From contig OZ024742.1 of assembly GCA_964016885.1 (NCBI GenBank), positions 227,540,001 through 227,604,000 on the forward strand: a stretch of 64,000 bases of DNA, read 5' to 3'. The position numbers and the translations under genes are program-made. The notes under the pieces are model-generated. The model saw nothing but the letters and a program-made list of their open reading frames with translations. It had not been told where the DNA came from and searched no databases. The first letter of the stretch is position 1, and the number at the start of each line of letters is the position of its first letter. The stretch comes from Eledone cirrhosa. Taxonomy: Eukaryota. This document shows positions 37,352-49,500 of this stretch, in pieces.

Positions 37352-37999
37352 TGCAATAATAACTTAGAAAGTTATTAGGGAAAGAAAAGACAAAAAAGAG
37401 ACGATAGCAAAGAGGTGTTTCCTTTACATTTCTAAATACTCATTATTAGTAACCACACAGTACCTTGTCCCTTTCAATTCATATATATTTATTACTGTGA
37501 TCTTCATCCTATTCTCTCTATCTCGCTTCTTGTTATTCTGGTCAGGCTTACGTCCTACCATTTTTGGGATTAACTTTTTTCCTTCCTCCTTTTTTTCTCT
37601 CCCTTTCTCTCTCTCTCCCCCAACTCATTCCATCTCTCTCTCTGCCACTCACTTATCCTCTTTCTCCCCCTCTCTCTCTCTCTGCTCCCTTACTACTTCC
37701 GTTTCCTTCGTCTCTCCCTCTTTATACCTGTTCTCGCCGAGATCAGACATGTTTCTCTTCATTCTCTCTTGCTGTTAATAAGGTCTCAGGGTTTACACCC
37801 AGCTGCCTTTTTAAACTTCGTCCTCTCTCCCCTTGGTTGCTGCTACATACATGTGCTTCTGTCCTGTGTTTCACCCCTCTCTATCGGTATGTTTTCTGGT
37901 TTTTTTCTCTTCTTTTTTTTTCTGTTTATTTCCTTTCTCTTCGCTATCGTCTTTTTTTTGCCTTTTCTTTACCTAATAACTTTCTAAGTTATTATCGCA

Positions 38000-38064
38000 C
38001 TGTGGTGAGATATATTGTCTTTAATGTGCTGAAACATCTGACCCACAACAAACAACTGATGAAG
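38000..38064 (+). ncRNA. Permuted hammerhead, decayed inverted copy
   Basis: agata-TA-ttgtct..ct-GAAA-catct..aaacaa-CTGATGA-ag. Confidence 0.55.
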
Positions 38065-38108
38065 GGAACTGTCTATATCTATGTTTGTGTTTCCTTTACA
38101 ATTCTAAA

Positions 38109-38142
<34 letters not shown>

Positions 38143-38534
38143 CTGGGACGTATGTAAGCCAGATATAGTCCCTGGCCAATCTAGGTAGATAGTAATGCTG
38201 ATTAAGCATTGATTTAGTCTGTAACAACCAGTCCAACCCATGCTAGCATAGAAAAGCTGATACAATATGATGATGATCATGATAATATACATATAAAAAG
38301 AGGAAAAAAGAACCAATTGGCATACTGGATCAAGGAAACAAAATTTCTATTGGTCATTCAATTGTTGATGCTGTCTGTCAGCCACAACTCTTGGCAGAAG
38401 GAAGCAATGTGAAGTAAAATATTTTGCTCAAAAACACGATATGCCACAGGAATCAGACCCAAGACATTTTTTATTGCAAGTCCAACACCCTAACCACTAG
38501 GCCATACACCTTCATATAAAATTAGTACACTGTT

Positions 38535-38613
38535 ACTACTACTACTACTACTACTGCTCCTGCTGCTATTACTGCTACTGCTGCTGCTACTACTGCTGCT
38601 GCTACTACTGCTG

Positions 38614-38657
<44 letters not shown>

Positions 38658-38735
38658 ACTACTACTAGTACTACTACTACTACTACCACCACCACCACCA
38701 CAACGACGATGACCCCCCCACCACCACCACCACCA
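38535..38735. repeat. (CTA)/(CTG)/(CCA) microsatellite
   Basis: Direct reading. Confidence 0.9.
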
Positions 38736-38949
38736 GCCCCTCATTAAACTCTTGTTCCAGTAAGCCACCCAACATTTGACAAGTGTCAACATATGCTGTT
38801 TTGCTCCAGACAATACTACAATATTTAGACAATTTGAAATATTTCTATGTACCCCCCATTCCAACCCTCATCTCCACCCCACCCAGCTGAAATGCATTGC
38901 TATTGTTCTGTTTTATGTTTCAAGGTTAAACCTATTCTGGTGCCAGCAT

Positions 38950-38968
38950 AGAGAGAGAGAGAGAGAGT

Positions 38969-39014
<46 letters not shown>
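38950..39014. repeat. (GA)n microsatellite
   Basis: Direct reading. Confidence 0.9.
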
Positions 39015-39016
<2 letters not shown>

Positions 39017-39494
39017 TTTCTAAAGCTTAAAATAGGTGTTTCTTTGCTTTTTTCTTTTTTTTCAAAATAAATTGAGCAATTTAAAAAAATGAAATGTCTT
39101 TATCAATAAAAGACAAAGATTTTTATTTTGACCTAGAAAATTATACAAATTTCTAGAGTTTATAAAATAGAAATTCTTGTGATTAACTTTTATGATATCA
39201 AATCACCTGAAACCACCCTTTTTCTACTATACTAAAAGTGTTTATGGTTTTTATTATCATCGTTTTTATGTTCACTTTTCCATGCTAGCATGGGTTGGAT
39301 GGAATGTTTTGAGACAATGTTTTACAGCTGGATGGCCTTCCTGACACCAACCCTTTTAGTTGCCTCTTTACACTTTACTTTTTACATTACTCTATATTTA
39401 CTATTGTATTTTGTGTTAAAGGCTTTATCACTCATAATTATGTCACATAATATTGAATATATGAAATTTTGATATTATTTATTTTGAGTACAAT

Positions 39495-39607
39495 CTGAGT
39501 TCAAATCCCGCCGAGGTTGACTTTGCCTTTCATCCTTACGGGGTCGATAAAATAAAGTACCAGTAATGCACTGGGTAATTGCTGGCCTTGTGCCTAAAGT
39601 AGAAACA
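39495..39607 (+). mobile_element. Young 5'-truncated SINE with 21-bp TSD
   Basis: attatttattttgagtacaat at 39474-39494 and 39608-39628; body nearly identical to 1068-1180. Confidence 0.9.
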
Positions 39608-39820
39608 ATTATTTATTTTGAGTACAATACCTTAACATAAGTATGAGCAGCCAGTTTGAACAGTATGAGTTGAGAGAGAGTTCTGGCCGGATATGGCCGG
39701 TTTAAATGCTAAAGAGTTAAGCCATACAGGGATATTGTGTATATTTTGTGAATACCCTTCTATCATAATTCTATGTAAGAAATTTTGTTATGTTCCAAAC
39801 ATAGCTTAACAAAGGTTTAA

Positions 39821-40040
39821 CCCCTTAGCATTTAAACTTGCCATATTCAATCAGAATTCTCTCACCCCTTCTGTTCAAATTGGCCATAACTGGCCACTCA
39901 TACTGATGTTAAGGCATTGTTCTTAAAATAAGTAATATCAAAATTTCATAGATTCAGTATTATGTGAGATAATTATGTGAGGTAAAGCCTTTACCGTGAA
40001 AATACAATAGTATATATAGAGTAATGGAAATGCCAAAGGG
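39821..40040 (+). mobile_element. piggyBac-type MITE (a partial inverted copy also lies at ~39650-39716)
   Basis: TTAA|ccccttagcattt ... aaatgccaaaggg|TTAA; colinear with 36311-36529. Confidence 0.85.
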
Positions 40041-40299
40041 TTAAGTCTACCATCCAATTAGGTTGACAGGTCTATTCTGTTGTAAACATTTAACTCAGAA
40101 TTCTCGTTTAATGGTACCTTCTTTCCTTCTTTTAGTTCTTCTTTCCTTCTTTTCTTTCTAAGACTCTGAAACAATAAAGGGACATGGGTGCTATTATAAA
40201 CTTCTTGACTAAAGAGTAATAAAAATTGCAAACAGTTCAAACGAGACCTGTGTTTTATGGCATCAATGCAATGATGAAGTATTCTTGGTGCAGCCTGTA

Positions 40300-40500
40300 G
40301 AGTGCTGGTCTATAAGCAGTAGAGCATACTTGGTGTCATAATAAAATACACCCTGTAAACTCAGTAAAGTGGTAGTGTTGGTGCCGTGATAAAATTCATC
40401 CAGTATACTCTGTAAAGTGATGGTGTTGGTGCCACAATAAAACGTACACAGTATATGATATAATGTGGTTGATGGTAGGAAGGGTATCTCTAGCCATTGA
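40300..40500 (+). mobile_element. Degenerate RTE-tail/SINE-like fragment with gtaaagtgg repeats
   Basis: ctcagtaaagtggt..ctctgtaaagtgat..gtggttgatggtaggaagggtatc, as in the 19838-20220 tail. Confidence 0.55.
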
Positions 40501-40534
40501 AATAATGCTAGATATGGAACATGTGAAGAAGATG

Positions 40535-43500
40535 AGGTCCCTCCAATGTGTTTACTCTCAGATCAAGATAACATGTGCTATCTAGGTCTCTCCAATATTT
40601 TTAGTCACTTACCAAGATAACATGTCTTATCTAGGTCTCTCCAATATGGTTAGTCTCAGATCAAGATAACATGTCCTATCTAGGTCTCTCCAACATGTTT
40701 AGTCACAGACAAAGATAACATGTCCTATCTAGGTCTCTCCAACATGTTTAGTCACAGACCAAGATAACATGTCCAATCTAGGTCTCTGCAACATGTTTAG
40801 TCACAGACCAAGATAACATGTCCAATCTAGGTCTCTCCAACAAGTTTAGGCACAGACCAAGATAAAATGTCCTATCTAGGTCTCCCCAACATGTTTAGTC
40901 ACAGACCAAGATAACATGTCCTATCTAGGTCTCTCCAGCATATTTAGTCACAAACCAAGATAACATGTCCAATCTAGGTCTCTCCAATATGTTTAGTCAC
41001 AAACCAAGATAATATGTCCAATCTAGGTCTCTCCAACATGTTTAGTCTCAGATCAAGATAACATGTCCTACCTAGGTCTCTCTAACATGTTTACTCTCAG
41101 ATCAAGATAACATGTGCTATCTAGGTCTCTACAATATATTTAGTCACAGACCAAGATAACATATCCTATCTAGGTCTCTCCAATATGTTTAGTCACAAAA
41201 CAAGACAACATATCCTATCTAGGTCTCTCCAGCATATTTAGTCACAGACCAAGATAACATGTCCTATCTAGGTCTTTCAAACATGCTTAATCAGAAAACC
41301 AAGATAAATTGTCATATCTAGGTCTCTCCAATATGTTTAGTCACAGACCAAGGTAACATGCCCTGTCTAGGTCTCTCCGATATATTTAGTCACAAACGAA
41401 GATAACATGTCCAAACTAGGTCTCTCCAATATATTTAGTCACAAATCAAGATCCCATGTCCAATCTACGTCTCTCCAGCATGTTTAGGCACAGACCAAGA
41501 TAAAATGTCCTATCTAGGTCTCCGCAACATGTTTAGTCACAGACCAAGATAACGTCCTATATAGGTCTCTGCAACATGTTTAGGCACAGACCAAGATAAA
41601 ATGTCCTATCGAGGTTTCTCCAACATGTTTAGTCACAGACCAAGATAAAATGTCCAATCTAGATCTATCCAACATGTTTAGCACAGACCAAGATAACGTG
41701 TCCAATCTAGGTCTCTCCAATATGTTTAGTCACAGACCAAGATAACATGTCCTATCTAGGTCTCTCCAAAATGTTTAGTCACAGACCAAGATAACATGTC
41801 CTACCTAGGTCTCTCTAACATGTTTACTCTCAGATAAAGATAACATGTGCTATCTAGGTCTCTCCAATATGTTTAGTCACAGACCAAGATAACATCTCCA
41901 ATCTAGGTCTCTCCAACATGTTTAGCCTCCGATAAAGATAACATGTCCAATCTAGGTCTCTCCAATATATTTAGTCACAGACCAAGATAACATATCCTAT
42001 CTAGGTCTCTCCAATATGTTTAGTCACAAAACAAGACAACATGTCCTATCTAGGTCTCTCCAGCATATTTAGTCACAGACCAAGATAACATGTCCTATCT
42101 AGGTCTTTCAAACATGCTTAATCAGAAAACCAAGATAAATTGTCATATATAGGTCTCTCCAATATGTTTAGTCACAGACCAAGGTAACATGTCCTGTCTA
42201 GATCTCTCCGATATATTGAGTCACAAACGAAGATAACGTGTCCAAACTAGGTCTCTCCAATATATTTAGTCACAAACCAAGAACCCATGTCATATCTAGG
42301 TCTCTCCAACATGTTTAGTCACAGACCAAGATAACATGTCCAATCAAGGTCTCACCAACATGTTTAGTCTCAGATCAAGATAATATGTGCTATCTAGGTC
42401 TCTCCAATATGTTTACTCTTAGATCAAGATAACATGTCCTATCTAGGTCTCTCCAACATGTTTAGTCACAGACCAAGATAACATGTCCAATCAAGGTCTC
42501 TCCAATATGTTTAGTCACAGACCAAGATAACATGTCTTATCTAGGTCTATGCAACATGTTTAGTCACAGACCAAGATAACATGTCCAATCTAGGTCTCTC
42601 CAATATGTTTAGTCTCAGATCAAGATAACATGTCCTATCTAGGTCTCTCCAACATGTTTAGTCACAGACAAAGATAACATGTCCTATCTAGGTCACTCCA
42701 ATATGTTTAGTCACAGACCAAGATAACGTCCTATCTAGGTCTCTGCAACATGTTTAGTCACAGACCAAGATAACATGTCCAATCTAGATCTCTCCAGCAT
42801 GTTTAGGCTCAGACCAAGATAAAATGTCCTATCTTGGTCTCCCCAACATGTTTAGTCACAGACCAAAATAACATGTCCAATCAAGGTCTCTCCAATATGT
42901 TTAGTCACAGACCAAGATAACATGTCCTATCTAGGTCTCTCCAATCTGTTTAGTCACAGACCAAGATAACATGTCCTATCTAGATCTCTCTAATATGTTT
43001 ATTCACGAACCAAGATAACATGTCCTATCTAGGTCTCTCCAATATATTTAGTCCACAAACCGAGATAACATGTCCTATCTAGGTGTCTCCAAAATGTTTA
43101 GTCACAGACCAAGATAACATGTCCTATCGAGATTTCTCCAACATGTTAAGTCACAGACCAAGATAAAATGTCCAATCTAGGTCTCTGCAACATGCTTAGC
43201 CACAGAGCAAGATAACATGTCCTATCTAGGTCTCTCCAACATGTTTAGTCACAAACGAAGATAACATTTCCTATCTAGGTCTCCCCAACATGTTTATTCA
43301 CAGACGAAGATAACATGTCCTAACTAGGTCTCTCCAACATGTTTAGTCACAGACCAAGATAACATGTCCTATCTAGGTCTCTTCAACATGTTTAGTCTCA
43401 GACGAAGATAACATTCCTATCTAGATCTCTCTAATATGGTTAGTCACAAACCAAGATAACATGTCCTATCTAGGTCTCTCCAGCATATTTAGTCACATAC

Positions 43501-46500
43501 CCATGTCCTATCTAGGTCTCTCCAGCATGTTTAGTCACAAAACAAGATAACATGTCCTATCTAGGTCTATCAAATATGATTAGTCGCAGACCAAAATAAC
43601 ATGTCCTATCTAGGTCTTTCAAACATGCTTAGTCACAAACCAAGATATATTGACATCCTAGGTCTCTCCTATCTGTTTAGTCACAATCCAAGATAAAATC
43701 TCGAATATAGGTCTCTCCAATATGTTTAGTCACAGACCAAGATAACATGTACTACCTAGGTCTCTCCGACATGTTTAGTCACAGACCAAGATAACAATTA
43801 CTATCTAGGTCTCTCTAATATGTTTAGTCATAAACGAAGATAATATGCCCAATCTAGTTCTCTCCAATATATTTAGTCATAGACCCAAATAACATATCCA
43901 ATCTAGGTCTCTCCAATATGTTTAGTCACACACAAAGATAACATGCCCAATCTAGTTCTCTGCAATATATTTAGTCACAGACCAAAATAACATGTCCTAT
44001 CTAGGTCTCCCCAACATGTTTAGTCTCAGATCGAGATAACATGTCCTATCTTGCTCTCTCCAATATGTTTAGTCACATCCAAGATAACATGTCATAACTA
44101 GTTCTCTCCAATATGTTTATTCACAGACCAACATAACATGTCCTATCACGGTCTCTCCAATCTATTTAGTCACAAACAAAGATAACATGTCCTATCTAGG
44201 TCTATCCAATATGTTTAGTCTCAGATGAAGATAACATGTCCTATCTAGGTCTCTACAACATGTTTAGTCACAGACCAAGATAACATTTCCAATCTAGGTC
44301 ACTCCAACATGTTTAGTCACAGACCAGGATAACATGTCCTATCTAGGTCTCCACAACATGTTTAGTCACAGACCAAGATAACATGTCCAGTCTAGGTCTC
44401 TCTAATATGGTTAGTCACAAACCAAGATAACATGTCCTATCTAGGTCTCTCCAGCATATTTAGTCACAGACCCATGTCCTATCTACGTGTCTCCAACATG
44501 TTTAGTCTCCGATAAAGGTAACATTTCTTGTTTAGGTCTCTGCAATATGTTTAGTCACAGACCAAGATAACATGTCTTATCTAGGTACCTCCAATATATT
44601 TAGTCACAAACCAAAATAACATATCATATCTAGGTCTCTGAAATATGTTTAGTCTCAGATCAAGATAACATGACCTATCTAGGTCATTGCAACATGCTTA
44701 GTTACAAACCAAAATAAAATGTTGAATATAGGTCTCTCCAATATGTTTCGTCTCAGACCAAGATAATATGTCCTATGTAGGTCTCTCCAATACGTTTAGT
44801 CACAGACCAAGATAACATGTTCTATCTAGGTCTCTGTAATATGTTTATACACAGACCAAGATAACATGTCCTATCTAGGTCTCTGCAATATATTTAGTCA
44901 CAAACCAAGATAACATCTCCTACCTAGGCCTCTCCGACATGTTTAGTCACAGACCAAGATAGCAATTACTATCTAGGTCTCTCCAATATGTTTAGTCATA
45001 TACGAAGATAATATGCCCAATCTAGTTCTCTCCAACATATTTAGTCACAGACCCAAATAACATTTCCAATCTAGGTCTCTCCAATATGTTTAGTCAGAAA
45101 CAAAGATAACATGTCCAATCTAGTTCTCTCCAATATATTTAGTCACAGACCAAAATAACATGTCCTATCTAGGTCTCCCCAACATGTTTAGTCACAAACC
45201 AAGATAACATGTTGTAACTAGTTCTCTCCAATATGTTTATTCACAGACCAACATAACATGTCCTATCAAGGTCTCTCCTATCTATTTAGTCACAAACTAA
45301 GATAACATGTCCTATCTAGGTCTATCCAATATGTTTAGTCTCAGATCAAGATAACATGTCCTATCTAGGTCTCTCAAACGTTTTTAATCCCAGACCAAGA
45401 TAACATGTCCTATCTAGGTCTCTCTAATATGTTTATACACAAACCAAGATAACATGTCCTATCTAGGTCTATACAATATATTCAGTCACAAACCAAGATA
45501 ACGTGTCCTATCTAGATCTCTCCAACATGTTTAGTCTCAGACCAAGATAACATGTCCAATCTAGGTCTCTACAACATGTTTAGTGTCAGATCAAGATAAC
45601 ATGTCCTATCTTGGTCTCTCCGAAATGTTTAATCTCAGAACAAGATAACATGTCCTATCTCGGTCTCTCTAACATGTTTAGTCTCAGATCAAGATACCAT
45701 GTCATATGTAGGTCTCTCCAATATATTTAGTCACAAACCAAGATAACATGTCCTATCTAGATCTCTCCAACATGTTTAGTCTCAGACCAAGATAACATGT
45801 CCAATCTAGGTCTCTCCAATATGTTTAGTCACAAACAAAGATAACATGTCCAATGTAGATCTCTCCAATATATTTAGTCACAACCCGAGATAACATGTCC
45901 TATCTAGGTCTCTACAACATGTTTAGTTACAGACCAAGATAACATGTCCAAACTAGGTCTCTCCAACATGTTTAGTCACAGACCAAGATAACATGTCCTA
46001 TCTAGGTCTCCCCAACATGTTCAGTCACAGACCAAGATAACATGTCCAATCTAGGTCTCTTTAATATGTTTATTCACACACCAAGATAACATGTCCTAAC
46101 TTCGTCTCTCCAGCATATTTAGTCACAGACCCAGGTCCTATCTAGGTCTCTCCAACATGTTTAGTCTCCGATAAAGGTAACATGTCCTATGTAGGTCTCT
46201 CAAATATGTTTAGTCGCAGACCAAGATAACATATTTTATCTAGGTCTTTCAAACATGCTTAGTCACAAACCAAGATAAATTGTCATATCTAGATCTCTCC
46301 AAACTGTTAAGTCACAGAGCAAGTTAACATGTCCTACCTAGGTCTCTCCATCATGTTTTGTCACAGACCAAGATAACATGTCCAATCAAGGTCTCTCCAA
46401 CATGGTTAGTCACAGACCAAGATAACATTCCAATCTAGGTTTTTCCAACATGTTTAGTCTCAGATCTAGATTACATGTGCTATCTAGGTCCCTCCAATAT

Positions 46501-49500
46501 ATTTAGTCACAAATCAAAATAGCATATCCTATCTATGTCTCTCAAATATGTTTAGTCATAAACGAAGATAACATGTCCTATCTAGGTCTCTCCAATATAT
46601 TTAGTCACAGACCAAGATAACATATCCTATCTAGGTCTCTCCAACTTGTTTAGTCACAGACCAACATAATATGTCGTATCTAGGTCTCTCCAACATGTTT
46701 AGTCACAAACAAAGATAACATGTTCTATCTAGGTCTCTCCAACATGTTTTGTCTCAGATCAAGATAACATGTCCTATCTAGGTCGCTTCAATATGTTTAG
46801 ACACAGACGAAGATACCATGTCCTATGTAGGGGTCTACAACATATTTAGTCACGGCCCAAGATAACATGTCTTATCTAGGTCCCTGCAATATATTTAGTC
46901 ACAAACCAAAATAACATATCCTATCTAGGTCTCTCAAATATGTTTAGTCTCAGATCAAGATAACATGTCCTATCTAGGTCATTCCAACATGCTTAGTCAC
47001 AAACCAAGATAACATTTCAAATATAGGTCTCTCCAATATGTTTAGTCACAAACCAACATAACATGTCCTATCTAGGTCTCTGCAATATGTTTAGTCATAA
47101 ACGAAGATAACATGTCCTATCTAGGTCTCTCCAATATATTTAGTCACAGACCAAGATAACATGTCCAATCTAGGTCTCTCCAATATGCTTAGTCACAAAA
47201 CAAGATAACATGTCCTATCTAGGTCTGTCTAATTTGTTTATTCACAGACCAAGATAACATGTCCTATCTAGGTCTCTCAAACGTTTTTAGTCTCAGACCC
47301 AGATAACATGTCCAATCGAGGTCTCTCCAACATGTTTAGTCTCAGATGAAGATAACATGTTCTATCTCTGTCTCTCCAACAGGTATAGTCTCAGATCAAG
47401 ATAACATGTCCTATCTAGGTTTCTCCAATATGTTTAGTCACGAACAAAGATAATTTGTCCAATCTAGGTCTCTCCAATATATTTAGTCACAAACCAAGAT
47501 GACATGTCCTATCTAGGTCTCTCCAATATGTTTAGTCACAGACCAAGATAACATGTCCACTCAAGGTCTCTCCAACATGTTTAGTCACAGACTAAGATAA
47601 CATGTCCTATCTTGGTCTCTCCAATATGTTTAGTCACAAACTAAGTTAACATATCCTATCTAGGTCTCTCTAATATGTTTATACACAGACTGAGGTAACA
47701 TGTCCTATGTAGGTCTCTCCAACATGTTCAGTCACAGGCCGAGATAACATGTCCAAAGTAGGTCTCCCCAACATGTTTAGTCACAGAACAAGATAACATG
47801 ACCTATCTAGGTCATTGCAACATGCTTAGTCACAAACCAAGATAAAATGTCGAATATAGGTCTCTCCAATATGTTTAGTCTCAGACCAAGATAATATGTC
47901 CTATGTAGGTCTCTCCAATATATTTAGTCACAGACCAAGATAACATGTCCTATCTAGGTCTTTCTAATATTTTATACCAAGACCAAGATAACATGTCCTA
48001 TCTAGGTCTCTCCAACATGTTTAGTCACAGGCCAAGATAACATGTCCAACCTAAGTCTCTCCAACATGTTTAGTCACAAACTAAGTTAACATGTCCTATC
48101 TAGGTCTCTCTAATATGTTTATACACAGACTAAGATAACATGTCCTATGTCGGTCTCTCCAACATGTTCAGTCACAGGCCGAGATAACATGTCCAAACAA
48201 GGTCACCCCAACATGTTTAGTCACAAAACAAGATAACATGACCTGTCTAGGTCATTGCAACATGCTTAGTCACAAACCAAGATAAAATGTCGAATATAGG
48301 TCTCTCCAATATATTTAGTCACAGACCAAGATAACATGTCCTATCTAGGTCTTTCTAATATGTTTATACCAAGACCAAGATAACATGTCCTATTTAGGTC
48401 TCTCCAACATGTTTAGTCACAAACTAAGTTAACATGTCCTATCTAGGTCTCTCTAATATGTTTATACACAGACTAAGATAACATATCCTATGTAGGTCTC
48501 TCCAACATGTTCAGTCATAGGCCGAGATAACATGTCCAAACTAGGTCTCTCCAATATGTTTAGTCTCAGACCAAGATAACATGTCTTGTCTAGATCTCTC
48601 CAACATGTTTAGTCTGAGAACAATATAACATGTCCTATCTCGGTCTTTTCAACATATTTAGTCACAGTCCAAGATAACAGTTCCTATCAAGGTGTCTCCA
48701 ATATATATAGTCATAAACGAATGTGACATGCCCAGTCTAGTTCTCTCCAATATATTTAGTCGCAGACCTAGATTACATGTCCTATTTAGGTCTCTGCAAT
48801 ATGTTTTTTCACAGACCTAGATAACAGGTCCTATCTAGGTCTCTCCAACATGTTTAGTCACAGACCAAGAACAGACCAAGAAAACATGTCCTATCTAGGT
48901 CTCTCCAACATGTTTAGTCTCAGACCAAGATAACATGTCCAATCTAGATCTCTTCAACATGTTTAGTTTAAGATCAAGATAACATGTCCTATCTAGGTCT
49001 CTCTAATATGTTTATACACAGACCAAGATAACATGTCCTGTCTAGGTCTCTCCAATATATTCAGTCACAAACCAAGATAACATGTCCTATCTAGATCTGT
49101 CCAACATGTTTAGTCTCAGACCAAGAACAGACCAAGAAAACATGTCCTATCTAGGTCTCTCCAACATGTTTAGTTTCAGACCAAGATAACATGTCCAATC
49201 TAGGTCTCTACAACATTTTTAGTGTCAGATCAAGATAACATGTCCTATCAAGGTCTTTCCAACATGTTAAGTTTCAGATCAAGATAACATGTCCTATCTT
49301 GGTCTCTCCAATATGTTTAGTCACAGACCAAGATAACATGTCCTATCTAGATCTCTCCAACATGTTTAGTCTCAGATCAAGATAACATGTCCAATCTAGG
49401 ACTCTCCAACATGTTTAGTGTCAGATCAAGATAACATGTCCTATCTTGGTCACTCCGACATGTTTAGTCTCAGAACAAGATAACATGTCCTATTACGGTC

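Larger units (their letters stand above)
37237..38112. mobile_element. ORF-less element with ~178-bp inverted arms (37237-37415 / 37936-38112), each with a permuted HHR
   Basis: Arms align as reverse complements with scattered substitutions; pyrimidine-rich interior; TA/GA flanks. Confidence 0.75.
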
